Shown here piece after piece: positions 27,914-39,952 of a stretch of DNA of 64,000 nt. Numbering within the stretch: the first letter of the stretch is position 1; every line of letters begins with the position of its first letter. The DNA is from Octopus bimaculoides (lineage: Eukaryota): positions 35,487,562 to 35,551,561 of the forward strand of contig NC_068997.1 in the NCBI RefSeq assembly GCF_001194135.2, given 5' to 3'. A program made the position numbers and the translations under genes. The notes below the pieces were generated by a model. It was given only the letters and a program-made list of their open reading frames with translations. It searched no databases and was not told where the DNA came from.

Positions 27914-28149
27914 TCTTATTTCTTTACTGCCCACAAGGGGCTACACACAGAGGGGACAAACAAAGACAGACAAACAGATTAAGTCGCTTATATCGACCTC
28001 AGTGCGTAACTGGTACTTATTTAATCGACCCCGAAAGGATGAAAGGAAAAATTGACCTCAGCGGAATTTGAACTCAGAATGTAGCGGTAGACGAAATACC
28101 ACTAAGCATTTCGCCCGGTGTGCTAACGTTTCTGCCAGCTCACCGCCTT
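27914..28149 (-). mobile_element. tRNA-derived SINE (second family) with 9-bp TSD acacctatt
   Basis: B-box gagttcaaattcc; TSD copies at 27905-27913 and 28150-28158; homologous to 56406-56625. Confidence 0.85.
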
Positions 28150-30638
28150 ACACCTATTGCTGCCTCTCTATTTCTCTATCACAATCTAACCTTTCATCTT
28201 CTGATACTGGATCACCTCCTCCAATGCTCCCTCCATCATAACAAGACACCTGATTTTATCTCTCTGTCTCTTTGTCACCCTCTAACCTTTCATCCTCTGA
28301 CAAGAGTTCTCCTTCTCAAATGCCCCTGCCCCTCTCATAATTCCTTGTCTTGCAAGTTACTTTTTGACCCTACCAGTCCTGGTGCCACATGAAAGCATCC
28401 AGTCCACACTGTAAAGTGGTTAGCATTTGGAAGGGCATCCAGCTGTTAAAAAAATGCCAAAACTAACCTTGCTTCTGCTAGTGCCTCACAAAAAGCACTG
28501 AGTCCACTCTGCAGAGTGGTTGGTGTTAGGAAGGGCATCCAGCCATAAAAATACTGCCAAAACAGACATGGTAGTGTAGCGTAGTTTTTCTACCTGACCA
28601 GCTCCTGTGAACTGTCCTACCCATGCATGCATGGAAGATGGATGTTAAGCGATGACAGTGATGAATTATGGACCTCTACTTATCCCAACAGTTAGGATAA
28701 GTTGATGAGAAAAGGGACTGATTGTAGGAAGCCCATATGCATGGTAGCATCATTGCTGACAATGATAGCCCCATTATAGTAACTGATTCCACTGGTTGTT
28801 TCAAGAAATACCTGGATGGATATATTGATGTACACGAAAGCTATGACTATGATTCATGAAGAATATTTCAAGAATTTGTGTAGTGAAAATTATCTCAATA
28901 TTTATTTATGTCGCATTTTTCTTAACTATAGTACTATTAGTAATATGTTTTCAGCTGGCTAGTTACTAGTTTACTACATTTATGATAGCAACAGAGCTAA
29001 AGGAGTATGTGTAATTAATACAAGTTATTATTATTTTTTTTTTTTTTTGCAAATTTATATAAGCAAAAGATATATACATACATGTGATAAATTCCATACA
29101 GTTTCTTTTTGACAAATTCAGCTCCATACTTCCATCATTCCCAGTCTATAGTAGAAGACATTGACATTTAGTGTTGCACAGTGAAATCAAAACTAAACCC
29201 TTTGACCAGAAAGTAAGCATCTTAACTACACAGACATGCTCGCATCCTTTAAAACATGAATTTCAAAAAGCTACCCATCCAGCTGGTTATATACAACTCT
29301 AGTGGNNNNNNNNNNNNNNNNNNNNNNNNNNNNNNNNNNNNNNNNNNNNNNNNNNNNNNNNNNNNNNNNNNNNNNNNNNNNNNNNNNNNNNNNNNNNNNN
29401 NNNNNNNNNNNNNNNNNNNNNNNNNNNNNNNNNNNNNNNNNNNNNNNNNNNNNNNNNNNNNNNAGAAATGTGTCACTTTACAAAAAAAAGTGGGTGGAGT
29501 TAAAAGAACTTCCAGTTAGCAATGGTTGAGTCCTATTTTGATAGGGAGCTGATAGAATAGTATAATAGACATCAGGATATTTCTTAGAACAACCTGCTGC
29601 AAACTACTGACCAAGTTTGCAGATGGTACAGGGCGCCAGTTAACCAGTCAGTGATCTGGTTGTAACTAGAGTTATAATAATTTAATAACAGTCTCTGAAA
29701 AAAAAAAAAGTAACAAATTTTAAATTAGGAGGCTAATGGAGGAGGCAAGGAATTTTCTGAATAAGTGCAATGTGTATTTGGAATGAAGCTAGTGCACTTG
29801 CCCTCAGTCAAAAATGCAAGAGGGTTGGAGGATAAACATGAGTGAGATAAGAAAAACCTATGCAAAATGAAACCGACAGACAGAGGAGGATTGAATTAAC
29901 TTGAATAAAACACAGTTTGTATCACATTAGCCATATTCCTAGTAAGACATACATGAAAAGATTTAACTGACAACTTTATATTGAATTCCATAGTCTAGTG
30001 GGTGCTGGTTAAACTAAGTATAGCTGAATATTAGCATTGTACAAAGATGCTGTAAGCAACATAAGGATTGGCAACAAATTTAGCAGAGAATTAAGTGCAT
30101 TAGTCGATGTCTAGTAGGGCTTTGTCTTCAGTCTCTGACTGTTCAAATCAAAGTGGTCAAAATGCCAATACTATCTGAGGACTAGCTAATGGTGTAGAAT
30201 GGACTTCAATATTGTGTACTCAGCATAAGGAAAAGGTATAGTAAATATGTGGCAGGCTGAGAGGAAGGCAAGATTGCAAATGTGAATATTGTACAGTAGG
30301 AGTACCCATGAAATGAAATCCATAAATGCATAGATGACTTAACAGAGGTAGTACAACAATGTTACTTAAATAACATAATTAGTACTGGAGAGTTGATTTA
30401 GTGAAATGTACAGAATAAGTAAAAAGTGGATACAAGTTCAGGAAGCTGTCTGTTGTCTACAAAAGTGTAGAAATTGAAGAAAACTTGTGTGAGAGAGAGA
30501 GTTTCTAAATAGCACATACAGCAACTAAGTAACCAATATACACAATATAGACAAAACTTAAAATCTCAGTATATACCAAACAATACAGGTGTAAAAAGAT
30601 GGTTGATTCTTAGAGTTGATAAAAAGAATAAACATTTG

Positions 30639-31870
30639 TAAGGTGCATTCCAGAAGTTTTGAGACCTTATTTTTTTAGGAGTGACAATTATAACTGTCCT
30701 AGATTATTGTAATTTTAATGTATCATTATTATACATGTAATAAGTTTACCTGCCAACATTTTTATTTCAGTTTGAAGGAACAGCTATAATAGCACTTTGA
30801 ACACACCCTACTAAATACTGCTTGTCACAGATGACTAGTTTGCAGAATGCTGTCAGGATGTGAAAGCAATTTGGAAGCTTGCTTTGCTATAAAGTTTTAT
30901 GTTAAACTGGGTAAAATCACTACAGAAACTTATGAAATATCCCTGATTGCAAGCACCTGTTTTTTCATTGGCACAAGAGGTTCAAGAGTAGTAGACAGGA
31001 GTTGAGAGAGGATGAGAGGTGTAGAAGGGAGGGGGATGTCAAAACATCAAAACTGGTTGAAAAGATTTGAAATTTTCTGGATGAAACAGTCATGTGTCTG
31101 TAAAGACAATAAGCATATAATTTCCAGTTGGTATGGCAACTCTACACTAAATCATTCTCGAAGATTTGGACATGCACAAAACTTCTGCTAAGTTTGTTCC
31201 CAGTGTGCTCAGTAATGAACAAAAGGAAAGATGCATTAGTGGTAGCAGGAAATGGTTGAGCTAATTATCTCCAATCCAAGAGTACTTGAGTCTCTGGTAA
31301 CCTGTGACAGATGTTAGATCTACTTTTATGATTCAGAAACCAAGGGACAGGCTGCATTGTGGCTCCTCCAGACCCACTAGGAAGCTCATGACGCTCCCAC
31401 TTTTTGACAGTAAGGTCATTATCTATATCCACTGAATTCCCTCTGGCCAGACAGTAAAGAAAGAGCACCTTGTAACAGTTTTGAGGGAGCTCAGGAAGAG
31501 ATTTTGTCACAAATGATCTAAGCTCTTCCACTCAGGTCTATGAAACCTGCACAAGACAATGCACCAGTCCACTGTTCCATCCTAGTAACCAACTACTTGA
31601 CAGAGATGGGCATCAAAACTGTCTCTCACTCTCTACAGTCCAGACATTGCTCACTGTGACTTTTGGTGGTTCCCCAAGCTGAAGGAGAACCTCAAGGGCA
31701 GTCATTTTGAAAACCTTGAGAAGATGGAGGGGGCTCACACCTTTCACTTGAAAGGACTTCCATGGGGCCTTCATGAAGTGCTACAACAAATGCATTTGAA
31801 GAAGATTAGAGTATTGTACTTCTTTGAAATTAATAAGTCTCTCTTGAAAAGTCTCAAACCTTTGGTATAT
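30639..31870 (+). mobile_element. Decayed mariner, irritans-like
   Basis: FAIKFYVKLGK, LVTCD, DNAPVH, (Y)SPDIAHCDFWWFPKLKENLKG across broken frames; ends approximate. Confidence 0.8.
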
Positions 31871-32024
31871 ATCAATAGTTATGATTTTAAAATAATCACT
31901 GCTAAATGTATATTTGAATTAAATTAAGCACTGAAAATTTTGGTGGTTATATTTGTTTTGTGGTTGAATGCATTTTGCTGTATATTCTTATATGACATAT
32001 ATTTATATATTTTTTCTTCTCTAG

Positions 32025-32207
32025 ATGAGATATCCAAATGATGATAAGTTTCGTGGATTCAACAGCAAAGTTCAGTTTTCTGGTCCACATGTTCTGGAAG
32101 GCTTGCGTGATATGATCGAAACAGAAAAAATTAAACACACACTTCCTGCTTACCTATCACAGCTGCTAATTCTTGGAAGAGACCATATAATTTTAGGATG
32201 CAACTAA
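32025..32207 (+). CDS. CENPN: CENP-N-like terminal coding exon (MRYPNDDKF...KVQFSGPHVLEGLRDM...LGCN*)
   Basis: Pyrimidine tract and ctag acceptor at 32024, phase 0 matching the upstream exon. VQFSGPHVLEGLRDM resembles the recalled CENP-N/Chl4 C-terminal motif IKFSSPHLLEALKSL. The ATG is an internal Met, not a start. Confidence 0.85.
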   Translation: MRYPNDDKFRGFNSKVQFSGPHVLEGLRDMIETEKIKHTLPAYLSQLLILGRDHIILGCN

Positions 32208-32211
32208 TAAA
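32206..32211 (+). terminator. AATAAA polyadenylation signal overlapping the CENP-N stop codon
   Basis: caacTAATAAAg directly at the stop codon. Confidence 0.4.
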
Positions 32212-32619
32212 GATGTTTGTAGCTATAAACTATTAAACACACTCACACACAGACATATACTTATAAAAAATGTATGTATACAGATATACATGTGTGTGTG
32301 CCTGTGGGTAGATTGGTGTGTGTATTTCTACATACACATGTATATATGTATTTGTGTGCATGTATATATTAGTATGTGTAGGTGAGTATGCATGTATGTA
32401 TCATCATTATCATTTTAACATCTACTTTCTCTTGCTTGCATGGGTTGGATAGAGTTTATTGAAGCAGAATTTCTACATCCAGATGCTTTTTCTCACCTGT
32501 TTCCAAGTCAAGTAATATTGCCTCATAGCCAGACATGTTTTTAGCAGAATGTTGGAAATGAATGTCATTCATTTACAACAATCATGCAATATCAAGACAA
32601 AGAGACACAAACACACATA

Positions 32620-32672
<53 letters not shown>

Positions 32673-33430
32673 GCATTTTCCAAATCCCACTCAGAAGGCT
32701 TTGGTTGACCTGGGACTATAGCTGGAGACACTTGCCTAAGGTGCCTTACAGTGGAACTGAGTCCCAAACTCTATGATTGGGAAACATATGTGTGTGTGTA
32801 TCTTTGTTCATTCACTTAAAAAATGAAATGTTCTTAAAAATGGCAATGAGAAGCTTGGAGTAAACTGAAAAACAGGTTTAATGTTGTTCTTATATACTTG
32901 TGTATGTGTATACATTATATGGCATAATAAAAGAAAAACATGAGACCTTGTTGATGTAATGAAAATTACTTTATTCAAGGCTTATTGTCAAATCATCAGA
33001 GATGTGTAACTTTTACATGTAACTTGATTGGACTGAAAAATGTTGACAGAATTTACCATCTCCATGACAGTAAACTTGCTGTCTCCATGATGGGGGAATT
33101 CTGTCATCCAATAATGTTAAGTATAAAAGTTATGCATCTGACGATTTGACAGCAAGACTTGATAATGTACTTTGCATTATATAATTAATAATGCCTCTAT
33201 GTTAATGGATCATATATAAGATAGTGGACCTAAATATCTTTCAAATAATCTCTCATTTTTGTTGTTTTCCACATATATTTAGTAGAACACTCAAACCCAG
33301 ATTCCATACCAAGGGATACAATTACAATACATGAACAGAAATATAAATGGTGTTCTAAATACTGGTTATCTGTTACAAAATTTAAGGTTTGAATTGCACT
33401 AGATGAATGTATATGTGTGTGTGTAATCAT

Positions 33431-33464
<34 letters not shown>

Positions 33465-33465
33465 T

Positions 33466-33712
33466 TTTATCTTTTACTTGTTTCAGTCATTTAACTGCAG
33501 CCATGCTGGTGCATCACCTTGAACATTTTAGTCAAACATATCAACCCCAGGAAATATTCTTAAGCCTAGTACATATTCTGTCAGTCTTTTTTGCCAAACC
33601 ACTAAGTTATGGGGATGTAAGTGCACCAACACCGGTTGTTAAGCAGTGATGGAAGACAAACACAGAGAGAAAAATACGCACACACACACATACACACACA
33701 CACATACATATA

Positions 33713-33744
<32 letters not shown>

Positions 33745-34015
33745 ATCATAAATATACAGGGATTAGCATTGAGTTGCTTCTCCAACATACTAAAAATTTA
33801 GAAATAGCAGTCAAAGAACTACTTGATTCTAAACTACAAATTTTTCTCTAAACTGATGGCGATATTTATGGCACACATAGAACATACATACATATATACA
33901 TATATACATATATACATGCATACAATAGCCTTCTTTCAGTTCCCATCTACCAAATCCAGTCAAAAGCTTTGATCAGGTGAGGCTATTGAAAACACTTGCC
34001 CAAGGTACCACACAG
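33466..34015 (-). mobile_element. tRNA-derived SINE with expanded internal microsatellite
   Basis: Tail at 33466-33680 and head at about 33925-34015, homologous to 9219-9590. Confidence 0.75.
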
Positions 34016-34490
34016 CCATGTCTGCACCTTTTTTTTTTTTTAATCTACATACATGTGCAGCACTTTTTGTGTGGCAGATTTTCTACAGCCAGATACCCTT
34101 CCTGTCACCAGCCTCCACTTGTTTCCAAGTGTGGTAGTGTTTTCCCTCCTCTTTGTTAGGAAGCACAAGCACTTTCACTCACATACATGATGGTAATATT
34201 AGCCTACCAAATCTTTTGTCAGCCTGTGACATTTTATTCTATTAATATTTATATTCATAGAATGTATTTCCCATATTGTAATGAAACACGTGTAACAAGG
34301 AATTAAAATGATACCATATATTCTAATCTTTGTTTTAATGCATACTTGGTCTGCAAGCTCACCAGGTATCTCAACTTCATTTAAAATAAAACATCTACTT
34401 ACATTCATTTTGATTACTGGAATACACAGATGTGCTTCGCTAGAATACAGCTTGGATTATATTCCCTTATTTATATATATATATATATAT

Positions 34491-35189
34491 ATAGTTGAAA
34501 TTTACAGTAAAACAAAAGACAAAGACAGGTGTATGAACAACAAGCAGGTGTATTAGTTTACTCCGGAAAATGAGAAAGTCTTTTATGTTTCAAGCCTATG
34601 CTCTTCAGCAGAAAGGAATATGAGGAAATAAACAGAGCGCCTTTAGTCAAACAAATTGACCCCAGGACTTATTCTTTTTAAACCTAGTACTTATTCTATT
34701 AGTCATTTTTGCCGAACCGCTAAGTTACGGGACATAAACACACCAACATCGGTCATCGGTGGGTGGGACAGATGCACAAACATAGACACACACACACACA
34801 CACACATACATATATATACAATGGGCTTCTTTCAGTTTCCGTCTACCAAATCCATTCACAAGGCTTTGGTCGGCTTGAGGCTAAAATAGAAGACACTTGC
34901 CCGAGGTGTCAGGCAGTGGGACTGAACCCAAAACCATGTGGTTGGTAAGCAAGTTACTTACCACACAGCTACTCCTGCACCTCTCTGTCTGGCCATTGCC
35001 ATGATTGACCGCTAGCCACTAAAGCTTTTTTTATTCTCTCTCTGTTTATTTTCTCATGTTCCTTTCTGTTGAAGAGCGTATGCTCGAAACGTGAAAGACT
35101 TTCTCACCTTCCCGAGTGTTAAACTAATACACCTGGTTGTTGTTTATAAACCTGTCTTTGTCTTTTGATTTTTTGTAAATTCCAACTAT
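34491..35189. repeat. Inverted repeat (about 145-bp arms) of PLE-like terminal sequence with a SINE inserted between the arms (34637-34980)
   Basis: 34491-34636 is the reverse complement of about 35040-35189; a third copy lies at about 54900-55020. Confidence 0.85.
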
Positions 35190-36170
35190 ATATATATACA
35201 TACAGGGTGCATAAGATATTTGAGGACAGATTTATGTTTATAAGAAAAATAGATGTGTAATAACGGATAATACCATTTTATCAAAAATGCTATGAGGACA
35301 AAAATAAACCTTTTCTATAATGTTATTGAATACAGCCAACTTCAGCTTCAATAACTGCTTTTATACAAGATCTAAATCGTCTACATGCTCAAATCAAGTG
35401 GTCCTGGTTCATTTTGGACATTATTCTGACTATGGCAGATTTCAAAAAATATTGGTGTTATGGGTGCATTCATTGACTAATCTCTCAACAACACTCCACA
35501 CGTAATGGGCCAATGGATTGAGATCTGGAAAATTAAGAGGTCATGTGTTAGGGGTTATGTGATCATGAATATTTTCAACCATCCATTCCTGCATTCCATA
35601 TGCCTTATGTGATGGTGCAGAGTTTGCTAAAGTACATATGGCTGGCCTTCCATTGTGTACATTGTCTATCCAGAGCTTAACAACTGTTTCCAGAACCTTA
35701 ATGTCAGTGGCAGAGTTAACCTTAAGGCCTCGTGGAAAAAATTAAGGACGCATCATGTTATGTCTCACTGACTGACACTATTTATTAGTAGTGGACCAGC
35801 CCACTTCTCACCTGGGGTCTCCATCACAACACCTCCCCACATTGAGATTTTTTTTTCAACACAGCATTTTTTTATTTTTCATTACTTTTTCTTGCAACCA
35901 GAACCACTTTTCTTCTTTTTTAGATTTTTTTCTTGTTCCACGCAGAATTATATTTCTTCTCTTTTATACTTTTACTTGCTTCAGTCATTTGACTGTGGCC
36001 ATGCTGGAGCACCACCTTTAGTCGATTAAGCTGGCTCCAGGACTTATTCTTTGTAAGCTTAGTACTTATTCTATCGGTTTCTTTTTGCCAAACTGCTAAG
36101 TGACAGGGACATAAACACACCATCATTTGTCAAGCAATAGTGAGGGGACAAACACGAACAACAAACACAC

Positions 36171-36201
<31 letters not shown>

Positions 36202-37180
36202 TAAGTACCTACCTATATGTACATTCCTACATATACATGTATATATACATGCATATATGGGTAAAGGACGTCAAAAACACGAGCAAAATGAGAAACGAGA
36301 ACATAAAAAACAAAAACATAGAAAACGAAATTTTTTCGAACAACGAAAGAAACAAATAGAGAAACGAGACAGGCAGCATAAAGAACATTCCCTTCATCAG
36401 TTGTTCCGTTTTATCTACTCCACGTTTCGAAGGTACATACATATATATATATCTATATATATATATATACATATATATACATACATATATATGTGTGTGT
36501 GTGTGTGTCTCCACTAACCTGTTTTTGTTCCCAACTTTGCCTCTCCATAAATACAAAATTTTATTTTGGAACTTATGGGAGCAACTGTCTTTGGAAGACT
36601 CATATTGTCATTGAATGCTCGAAATGAGGAGTAGACAGACAGCTANNNNNNNNNNNNNNNNNNNNNNNNNNNNNNNNNNNNNNNNNNNNNNNNNNNNNNN
36701 NNNNNNATACATGTCTCCACTATCCTGTTTTTGTTCCCGACTTTGCCTATCCAAACATACAAAATTTTATATACATACATATATATGTGTGTGTGTGTGT
36801 GTCTCCACTAACCTGTTTTTGTTCCCAACTTTGCCTCTCCATAAATACAAAATTTTATTTTGGAACTTATGGGAGCAACTGTCTTTGGAAGACTCATATT
36901 GTCATTGAATGCTCGAAATGAGGAGTAGACAGACAGCTAACAACTGATGAAGGTTTTTTTTCTGTGTCACTTGTCCTGTTTTCCATATTTTCTCTTGTTA
37001 CTTGCGTATTTAATTTGTTTGTTTTTGTACTTCATGTTTACACAGTTGGTGACGTCTTGTACCCATATATTCTTTTATTCTAAAAGAATATATGCATATA
37101 AATATACTTGTATATAAATATATACATGCATATAAGTATATACATGCATATAAGTATATACATGCATATATATATATATG

Positions 37181-38096
37181 ACAAATTTTGGTTGTAGAAC
37201 AAACAACAAATTTAAGGTCATCCAACTAATATATCACATCTCGAACAATTAATCATATATAAAGAAACATAATGCTTTTACTTATACATAGAATTCGGAT
37301 GCACAAAATCACAGAAGATGAAACAATGTTTCATTTAGACAGGCATATAGAAAAAAATGAGTACAGTCTATCGCAATATAAAAAATTAATATTTCAGTGT
37401 CTGAAAATTTTTTTTACATTATAAAACCTAAAATAATAAATATATAAACATAAAAATACATATATATAAGAAACATATAAATACATAAGGTATAGATAAA
37501 AGTTCATCGATTAAGAATTTTTTGCGATCAAAAGTTACTTTTTAAGGTAAAAAGAAACCTTTTAAGAAAAGCCGGTGTCCAAGCAAAAAAAAAAAAAAAA
37601 ATACAGTCTCTGTGGCCATTTCAGGGGAAATTTCCCAAAGAAATCTCGTATTGGTATGTGGTGTTACTATTTTCCCCTGACAAAGGAGTCATTACCGTAA
37701 TTCACTCTCGTGTTTTTTGTTTTTGTTATTTTTTTTGCTTGGACACCAGCTTTTCTTAAAAGGTTTCCTTTTATCTATACCTTATGTATTTATATGTTTC
37801 TTATATATACGTATTTCTATATTTATATTTTTATATATTTATTATTTTAGGTTTTATAATGTAAAAAAAATTTTTTAGACGCTGAAATATTAATTTTTTA
37901 TATTGCGATAGACTGTACTCATTTTTTTCTATATGCCTGTCTAAATGAAACATTGTTTCATCTTCTGTGATTTTGTGCATCCGTATTCTATGTATAGAAA
38001 AAGCATTATGTTTCTTTATATGTGATTAATTGTTCGAGATGTGATATATTAGTTGGATGACCTTAATTTGTTGTTTGTTCTACAACCAAAATTTGT
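37181..38096. repeat. Large foldback, about 400-bp arms and about 110-bp spacer
   Basis: 37181-37600 is near-perfectly the reverse complement of 37720-38096; about 55-nt indel in the left arm; inner tcaggggaaa/tttcccctga pair. Confidence 0.92.
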
Positions 38097-38746
38097 AAAT
38101 TTATTATACTCGTCTCATTTACTTGAGCACTTCCCTTGCAGTCCTATTAACCCTCTTGTTCCTAATAAGAAACAATCACTGTTATTATTGAGATATATAT
38201 ATATATATATATAGATAATGGTGTGTAATTTTTGAAAAAAAAAAAATATATATAAGCACAGAAGTTGCTGTGGTAAGAAGCTTGCTTTCCAACCACATGG
38301 TTCTGGGTTCAGTTCCACTGCGTGGCACCTTAGGTAAGTGTCTTCTACTATAACCTTGGGCTGACCAAAGCCTTGTGAGTGGATTTGGTAGACGGAAACT
38401 GAAAGAAGCCCGTCGTATATATATATATAATATATATAATTAGTTGGATACTTTAATATAATTTTACTCAAATACTATAATAGAGCAAGAAGAGGGGAAA
38501 AGTCCATGTTGCTACTAATGTAACTCAGAATATACTACACTTTTAAGAACTGTATGAAGTTTGTTAGGGTCATAGCTTGTAAAGGATTGTGGTTCATTTT
38601 TAATTTATTAGTCTTTTTTATCAACTACAAAATCTAAGGCAGTGTCTGTTCAGAAGTTGGGTATGGTCATAAATATTGTCAGGATTTTAGGAAATGTATA
38701 AAGCTGGGTAGGGGAAGACTCTAAATCCAGTTAAAGGGGCAAGACG

Positions 38747-39047
38747 CTAATAAAACCTGATATTAATACAGAGGAAATTATCATGGGTTACAATGTGTGA
38801 TTGTATATAAACAATATTGTTATGTTGTATGAAGATAAAATTTAAGATTACTAATAATGATATTATAACCAGAAAAGATAAACTGTCTGTATATATATAT
38901 ATATATATATACCAATTTTCAACATCTGGAGTCTTTCCAAGGAGGTCTTGTTTAATATCCTCAATCACAAAATGGCTTGCATTTTCTATGTCCATTTTAA
39001 CTTTCTTAGCAACTGGTTCGTTTTCAATTTCAGCAGATGATATCTGC
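38747..39047 (-). CDS. Candidate last two exons of an unidentified gene or pseudogene (...EPVAKKVKMD...KTPDVENW|FY*)
   Basis: Exon 39047-38913 (135 nt), GT-AG intron 38912-38757 with pyrimidine tract, then G TTT TAT TAG; AATAAA at 38609-38604. The upstream acceptor is weak. Confidence 0.4.
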
Positions 39048-39952
39048 CTACATTTGAAATTTTATGGCATGACTCGCTTTAAATGTATTGTTAATATTTT
39101 TTCATTTTTACTTTTCTTTTGACCAGAATTATTTTTTGTTCTACACAGAATCTTTTTTTTTTTTTTTACAAAGTGTACATTACCAAGTGTACATTATTAC
39201 TGGTAGTGCTGCAACATATAGTGACCTGATTTATAAATCCTTCGAACAGGTTTATTATTTTTTTTTTTCTCTTCCACACGATTATTTTTCACTGCGTGTA
39301 GTTAAGTTCTGTGTAGTGTTCCAGTTTTATCTGACATTTTTTATTTCTTCAGGTTCTTTTTTTATATATATTTTTCAGTGTGTGCATATTACTTTTCACC
39401 ATACGTAGTCCAATTCTGTGTTAACGTTTTTTTTTTTCCTTCAGAATCTTTTTTCATATATTTTTCACTGTGTGAAGTTCAATTCTGTGTTAGAATTCAA
39501 ATCCTTCAAACTTTCTTTCCTCTTGAAACTTTATAGGAGCCTGCACATAACCATCTGCCATTTTTTCTGTTAACTTTTTGATCTTGGTTGAAGTTTTTCT
39601 TGTCTGAGAAAAACAAAATCAAATCTTCTGTTTGATTTTTCAGTTAGTCTAAGGGCCTTTTAAATCTGATGTAGAGATTTCTTTTGCTTTTTTTTACTTA
39701 AATTGAACTTTCCCATCATATAAGACTTATATCTGGTGTCTTTGCTGACATCATTTCTCATTGTTACTCCTGACACAGAGATTTTTTGCAATTGACCTCA
39801 TGGTATTTCTGAGATTGTAGTCAAGGATCTGTTGAACTTGCTGTATAAATTCAGGTTTTCTGATGATTTCAGAGTGTTTGGAATGTTTTTTTATGCTTTG
39901 ATACTGGTGATAGGTTTCCATTGTTGGTCTCTAACTTCTTACGAACTTTGTA

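Larger units (their letters stand above)
302..36706. other. Assembly gaps (N runs): 302-830, 2400-2692, 9605-9636, 14089-15028, 20297-20826, 29306-29463, 36646-36706
   Basis: Direct reading; most are flanked by microsatellites or repeats. Confidence 1.

Noticed and set aside
36500-36940. Near-identical 145-bp duplication on both sides of the gap
   Set aside because: Likely unmerged contig overlap rather than a real tandem repeat.
36380-36960. CGAAAC...CTGATGAAGG motifs (36380-36435 minus, 36905-36955 plus) as type II hammerheads
   Set aside because: Could not form stem III with a valid NUH site or stem I; probably decayed PLE terminal sequence.
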